Positions 59,562-64,000 of a stretch of 64,000 bases of DNA are shown one piece after another (the stretch's first letter is position 1; each line of letters begins with the position of its first letter). The notes under the pieces are model-generated. The model saw nothing but the letters and a program-made list of their open reading frames with translations. It did no database searches and was not told the origin of the DNA. A program made the position numbers and the translations under genes. The stretch is from Sphingomonadaceae bacterium (lineage in GTDB: Bacteria; Pseudomonadota; Alphaproteobacteria; Sphingomonadales; Sphingomonadaceae): the NCBI GenBank assembly GCA_039808025.1, contig JBDHSK010000009.1:82176-146175 (forward strand), in the 5' to 3' direction.

Positions 59562-59807
59562 TCACGGCAACGGTTCGAACAGCTTGTCCAGCTCGTGTCG
59601 CATATGGCCTTCGATCGCGCGCAGCTCGGCGTCGCCGATCGGAACCTGCTCCGGCCAGTCGTCGGTGACGACAATCGGCCCGTCATCCTCGCGCGGCCGG
59701 CGCGAAGCCCGGCGCGGCGCGACGCGGTTGATGTAGTCATGCAGGTCATCCGGGCATTCGGCCCAGCGACGAGGCGTGCGGCGACGGACTTTGCGAGGAA
59801 GGGCCAT
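59562..59807 (-). CDS. Small basic hypothetical protein upstream of the recombinase
   Basis: Trimmed to ATG 59807 (MALPRKVRRR...). Ends 18 nt before the recombinase ATG. No recognisable domain, and the frame choice is uncertain. Confidence 0.35.
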   Translation of the reverse strand: MALPRKVRRRTPRRWAECPDDLHDYINRVAPRRASRRPREDDGPIVVTDDWPEQVPIGDAELRAIEGHMRHELDKLFEPLP

Positions 59808-60116
59808 CTCGGCACGCTGCCGCGTGTCCACACCTCGCACAAATGCTTCATCGCGGCGTAGCGCAGATAGAGACGTGGGGCGGCGGGCGTCATGCTTCGC
59901 CCCACGGATCGACCACCGTGGTCCGCCAATCGACGAAATCGCGGGCATGGCGAGTCGCCCGCCGCGCTCCACACGATCGCAACGATTTGTTTGTCGACCA
60001 AGCATCGATCGGTCGCACGATCCCCCGGTGTTCTGCCTGCACCATATCTCATCCTTCTTGCAACGGCCGGTTGGCGCCATGCACCACTACGCCTCAAATT
60101 CGCACCATACACCTAT

Positions 60117-60171
60117 TGATATGCAACGCAAAGCCATATACATGCATCATACTGGCGTGATCATGCAACGC
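60117..60171. promoter_or_regulatory. Pair of direct repeats TGAT(C)ATGCAACGC upstream of the AAA+ gene (candidate operator/promoter element)
   Basis: tgatatgcaacgc at 60117-60129 and tgatcatgcaacgc at 60158-60171. They lie in a locally AT-richer stretch 18-72 nt upstream of ATG 60189. Confidence 0.3.
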
Positions 60172-60188
60172 GCCACTGGGAATCGCTT

Positions 60189-61394
60189 ATGGACCATTTC
60201 TCGATCATCCAAGCCCTTTGTCGCGCGGCAATGGCCGACGCTTCACCCGCTCTGCGCAAGCAGGTCGAGCGACTTCGTGACGCGCTGGCTAAGGATGGGG
60301 AATCCAAGCAGTCCGCCGCTCTGACCAGCATCCTCACGACCGCCGAGCGGACGAAGGAGCTTTCGCCGAGCCGGATCGAGCGCTCCAAAGCGCAGCTCTC
60401 TGGTGAGACGCTGACACGGAACACGCCTGTTCCGGTCGACCGAGAGACAGCCGCGCCGTTGGCGGAGATTCTCTTTCCGGCGGACATTCAACCGACCGCG
60501 CCGCTCTTCAACACGACCGTCAGTCACGCCATCGAGACCATTATCGAAGAATGGGCCAACTTCGACGCACTGTCGGAAATCGACATTCGGCCTTCCAAGA
60601 CCTGTCTTATTTACGGTGCTCCGGGGACGGGAAAGACCAGGCTTGCGCTTTGGATCGCGCAACAGCTCGATCTTCCCGTCGTGCTGGTGAAGCTGGACGG
60701 GCTCGTATCGTCGTTCCTCGGCACGACCGCCCGCAATATCGGGAACCTGTTCGCCTTCGCGAACCGCCACCGCTGCATCCTTCTGCTCGACGAGTTCGAT
60801 GCGATCGCGAAAGTTCGGGACGATCCGCAGGAAGTTGGCGAGATCAAGCGCGTCGTGAACGCGCTTCTGCAGAATCTCGATACGCGCCGCGATGTCGGCT
60901 TCACGATCGGCATCACCAATCACCCGAAACTCTTGGACACGGCCGTCTGGCGGCGTTTCGAGGTTCAGCTTGAGATTCCCAAGCCCGACTTCGAGATGCG
61001 AAAGGCGATCGCCGCGCATTTCATGCCGCCGGTAAAAGCCCCGGACATCCATTTGCGCCTAATCGCATGGTTCACCGAGGGCTCGACCGGCGCTGAGATC
61101 GAGTCTCTCGTGCGCACCTATAAGAAGGCCACCACCGTTCGCGAGGAGGACAAGCGCGGGCTACTCGATACGCTCCGCCAATTCGCTACGCTGAACGCGG
61201 CTCGGGTGCAAAGTGAACGCCGCGCGCTGCTGTTCGACGATTCCAGCAATCTATTTCGGGCCATGCGAGATGATCCGATCCTCGGCTTCTCGATGGCCGA
61301 CATCGGCGAGATTGCCGGCAAAGATAAATCGACGGTCAGCCGTCAACTCGGCCGAGCGGCCAAGTCTGGTGATGGGGAGACGCTAAATGGCTAG
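60189..61394 (+). CDS. Classic-clade AAA+ ATPase with novel N-terminus and C-terminal HTH-like tail (IetA-like by architecture)
   Basis: Walker A GAPGTGKT (60615-60638), Walker B ILLLDEFD (60777-60800), GITN sensor-1-like motif and VWRRF arginines. C-terminal MADIGEIAGKDKSTVSRQL. Confidence 0.85.
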   Translation: MDHFSIIQALCRAAMADASPALRKQVERLRDALAKDGESKQSAALTSILTTAERTKELSPSRIERSKAQLSGETLTRNTPVPVDRETAAPLAEILFPADIQPTAPLFNTTVSHAIETIIEEWANFDALSEIDIRPSKTCLIYGAPGTGKTRLALWIAQQLDLPVVLVKLDGLVSSFLGTTARNIGNLFAFANRHRCILLLDEFDAIAKVRDDPQEVGEIKRVVNALLQNLDTRRDVGFTIGITNHPKLLDTAVWRRFEVQLEIPKPDFEMRKAIAAHFMPPVKAPDIHLRLIAWFTEGSTGAEIESLVRTYKKATTVREEDKRGLLDTLRQFATLNAARVQSERRALLFDDSSNLFRAMRDDPILGFSMADIGEIAGKDKSTVSRQLGRAAKSGDGETLNG

Positions 61395-63888
61395 TCCCAT
61401 TCAGATCGTCCTCAATCCTGAAAACTATGAGGAGGCGCGCGACGCTGGTGGCGGAGGCGGCCGGAAGGACTTTTTCGCTCACCGCGATGCCGAGTTCACC
61501 GCCCATCGCGCCGCGCTGTTGAGCCAGATCGACACGATTGCTGGCGTTCTCAGCGCCCAAGCACAAGGCGATGTCGGCTTCGTGAAGGTCATCCTTCGTC
61601 GCGAGGCTTGGGCCAAGAGCCATCGCCCGATCGCCAGCCTGTTTCGGCACGATCGCACTCCTGTCGTTGGCGGCGGAGATCTCGGGGTTATGCTCGTCGA
61701 AGCCCGACCCGGCACGCTCCGCCAGGTGGCCGCGGAGATCGCAAAGGCCGAAACCCACACAGAAATGCGCTTCAACGAGCAGAAGCAGAAGGACGAACCT
61801 TATCCGTCTGCCCGAAAGAGCGAGACCGGCGCCATCGACCGGATCGAACTCTATGGGCCGAGCGATCGGCGCAACTTCTCGGTCGATGAGGCTGTGGCGT
61901 GGCTCTCCAATCCGATGACCGGCAGCAGCTATCAGGTCGAACTGTTCGACAGCCCGCCGCCGCGCTCTGAGTGGGACCGCCTCGACCCGAGCCATCGGCG
62001 CCTTGTCGAGAGCTTTGTTGCCGGCTTCGCCGCGCTGGATCGCGGCCTCGCCGTCGAACGCTTGCCGAACCGTCGCCACAAACAGCCGATCCTCTCTGTC
62101 CGACTGGATCAGTCTGGAGATCAGCCGGTTCTACGGCTGAATGATGCCCCGGTCAGCGAGCGGCGGCGAGAGCTTGCCGCATTCAATCCAGACATGAGTC
62201 GCCACGCCCGGCTGCTCGCCTTCCTTGACAGCCATCCGCTTGTGCGCCGGATCGAACTGCCAGGCATTGTCGTGCGGGCCGTCAGCACGCCTATCGTGCG
62301 CGCGCGGCCTGCCGATGTCACCATTCCCGCCCGCGACAGCCGCCGCAGTCATCCTCGGCTCGGGATCATCGACGGCGGAATCGGCGAAGCGCTGTCAGAC
62401 TGGGTCATCGATCGGTGGGACGTTCTTGCGGAAGAAGATACCGACCTTGCGCATGGGACGTTCATCGGCGGATTGGCTGCGGTGGGAGGTGCGCTTAACG
62501 GCGCGGAAATTTGCCCTGAGCCCGACGGCGCGGAGCTGGTCGACGTCGCAGTCTTCCCGAACGAACGCAAAGCCGGAGCCTTCGCCTCCTATTATCCTGA
62601 TGGCTTGCCGCAATTCTTCGATGAAATGGAGACAGCCATTTCGGACGCCCGCGCTCGACATGGGGTGCGCGTGTTCAACATGAGCCTGAATATTCTTCAG
62701 CCGGCGGCGCCAGATCGTTACAGTCCCCACGCAGCGCGGCTCGATCAGATCGCTGAGAGCAACAACGCGATCGTTTTCATTTCGGCGGGCAACATACAGC
62801 AGCAAGACCTTCGCCCCGAATGGCCTGCCGATGCCACGGCCGCGCTCGCCAACCTCGCCACCGCCCGCAACGATGGCCTGCTTACGCCGGCCGAGAGCGC
62901 GCGCAATGTCGCTGTGGCGGCTCTAAACCCGCCCGGCCATGACGGGTGCCTTCCATTCGCACCGACGCGCTACAGCCGACGTGGCCCGGGACTTCGCGCT
63001 GGCGTCAAGCCCGACTTGGCGCACATCGGTGGCGCGGGTTCCCAGCACCCTGAACTCGGCCACGGGCTTTTCTCGATCTTGCCGGATGGGACCATCGTCG
63101 ATGGCTGCGGGACTAGCTATGCCGCGCCCCTTGCAGCGAAGACGGCCGCTGTCCTGGATCACGCCATTGAGGGTGAGGTCTCGCGTGAAACCCTGATCGG
63201 CCTGCTCGTTCATCATGCCGAAATGCCGACTCCTTTGCAGGTCAAGGCACTCGCGCCGATCGCCAAGCATATGGCGGGGTTCGGAATGCCGCCTTCGGCC
63301 GACCGCATCCTAGAAACGGGTGACCACACAATCACTCTCGTCTTCGCGTCGCGCATCCAACGCGACCAGCAAATCAACTTCCGTTTCCAGTGGCCGGCGT
63401 CGCTGGTCGGTCCCGGAGGCAAGTGCCGTGGCCGCGCGAAGATTACGCTCGTCTCCACGCCCCCGCTCGATGCCCGGTTCGGATCGGAGTTCGTGCGCGT
63501 CAACATTAACGCTGTCTTGCAGCAGGAACAGGCCAATGGCGGGTGGAAGGGGCGGCTTGAGCCGCTCTATCTCCCGTCACGGCGGGAGGCTCCTCCGATC
63601 GAGGCGGAGCGCATCGAGCACGATCTCAAATGGAGCCCGGTGAAGGTCTTGGCGAAAACCTTCCCGCAGGGAGCGGGTCCATCCTCGAACTGGCGTCTCT
63701 TCGTCGAATATCTGACGCGGGCGGGCGAGATCATGCCCGAAGAAGGCGTGCCGTTTACGGTGATCGTGACCATCAGTGATCCCGACGCCGAACAGCCGGT
63801 GTTCAACGATATGCGTCAAAACCTTCAGGCCCTCGGCACCCAGATCGCCGACATCCGAACCGCAGCACGCATTACGCCGCGCGTGTAG
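61387..63888 (+). CDS. Cytoplasmic S8 (subtilisin-like) serine peptidase with large unassigned N- and C-terminal regions (IetS-like by architecture)
   Basis: Catalytic residues in subtilase order: GIIDGG (Asp codon 62371-62373), AHGTFIGG (His 62452-62454), SAGN, and GTSYAAP (Ser 63115-63117). No signal peptide. ATG 61387 lies 8 nt inside the ATPase gene. Confidence 0.85.
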   Translation: MASPIQIVLNPENYEEARDAGGGGGRKDFFAHRDAEFTAHRAALLSQIDTIAGVLSAQAQGDVGFVKVILRREAWAKSHRPIASLFRHDRTPVVGGGDLGVMLVEARPGTLRQVAAEIAKAETHTEMRFNEQKQKDEPYPSARKSETGAIDRIELYGPSDRRNFSVDEAVAWLSNPMTGSSYQVELFDSPPPRSEWDRLDPSHRRLVESFVAGFAALDRGLAVERLPNRRHKQPILSVRLDQSGDQPVLRLNDAPVSERRRELAAFNPDMSRHARLLAFLDSHPLVRRIELPGIVVRAVSTPIVRARPADVTIPARDSRRSHPRLGIIDGGIGEALSDWVIDRWDVLAEEDTDLAHGTFIGGLAAVGGALNGAEICPEPDGAELVDVAVFPNERKAGAFASYYPDGLPQFFDEMETAISDARARHGVRVFNMSLNILQPAAPDRYSPHAARLDQIAESNNAIVFISAGNIQQQDLRPEWPADATAALANLATARNDGLLTPAESARNVAVAALNPPGHDGCLPFAPTRYSRRGPGLRAGVKPDLAHIGGAGSQHPELGHGLFSILPDGTIVDGCGTSYAAPLAAKTAAVLDHAIEGEVSRETLIGLLVHHAEMPTPLQVKALAPIAKHMAGFGMPPSADRILETGDHTITLVFASRIQRDQQINFRFQWPASLVGPGGKCRGRAKITLVSTPPLDARFGSEFVRVNINAVLQQEQANGGWKGRLEPLYLPSRREAPPIEAERIEHDLKWSPVKVLAKTFPQGAGPSSNWRLFVEYLTRAGEIMPEEGVPFTVIVTISDPDAEQPVFNDMRQNLQALGTQIADIRTAARITPRV

Positions 63889-63939
63889 TCGCCAGTAGAA
63901 GGGTCAGGCTCGCTTGCAGAGGCACTACAGGAGATTGTG

Positions 63940-64000
63940 ATGGCAAAATCAGTGACGCTCAGCACCGGAAGGACGTTCCCGACCGTCACCGCCGCAAAGG
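63940..64000 (+). CDS. Hypothetical protein, 5' end only (runs off window)
   Basis: ATG 63940 preceded by aggag (63928-63932). MAKSVTLSTGRTFPTVTAAK... is too short to assign. Confidence 0.4.
   Translation, partial: MAKSVTLSTGRTFPTVTAAK

Larger units (their letters stand above)
57843..64000. mobile_element. Integrated element/genomic island in tRNA-Arg (left junction inside the tRNA; right end beyond the window)
   Basis: A serine recombinase abuts and overlaps the tRNA 3' half. The cargo genes are unrelated to the housekeeping context. Spot counts of 60-nt lines gave 30, 36 and 31 G+C in the cargo, against 40 and 42 in the mre operon. Confidence 0.65.

Noticed and set aside
59540-60112. 190-aa minus-strand ORF overlapping the recombinase start, and the 172-aa version of ORF 59562..60080.
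   Set aside because: No motifs are present and the ORF overlaps the recombinase ATG. Only the last 81 codons of the other frame (from ATG 59807) look protein-like, and even that call has low confidence.

Overview
High-G+C chromosomal segment of alphaproteobacterial type. This rests on CarD/CdnL, EI-Ntr PtsP, mreBCD-mrdA-rodA, a DUF1674/SDHAF4-like miniprotein and a PEP-CTERM protein. A Sphingomonadales-like origin is only a guess. I can support about 65 protein-coding genes and three tRNAs: Thr-TGT, Lys-CTT and Arg-ACG. I saw no rRNA, CRISPR array or IS element.

Most of the window is housekeeping: cell-shape operon, mutL, argC, rimO, folE, ptsP, lysC, leuA, xthA, lipB, glk, rsmB and rpmB. 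Genes are tightly packed, and many start/stop codons overlap (ATGA, GTGA, TGATG).

Three accessory-looking patches each sit beside a tRNA gene:
1. 57.8 kb to the window end: an element integrated into tRNA-Arg(ACG). Its large serine recombinase ORF terminates inside the tRNA. It carries an 8-nt-overlapping AAA+ ATPase plus cytoplasmic S8 subtilase pair (60189-63888). This pair is my best candidate for the unusual system. It has the ATPase-plus-S8-protease layout I recall for the poorly understood IetAS defence pair, but I cannot test family membership here.
2. 2.1-10.3 kb, next to tRNA-Thr: an eight-gene translationally coupled operon. It encodes an alpha/beta hydrolase, an acetoacetate-decarboxylase-like protein, three small membrane proteins, a patatin, a membrane-fused metallophosphoesterase and a GMC oxidoreductase. 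I cannot assign a pathway.
3. 11.6-12.2 kb, next to tRNA-Lys: an HTH ORF and a GIY-YIG ORF in the same frame, separated by a single TAG.

All calls come from reading motifs in the supplied translations. No database search or computation was possible.
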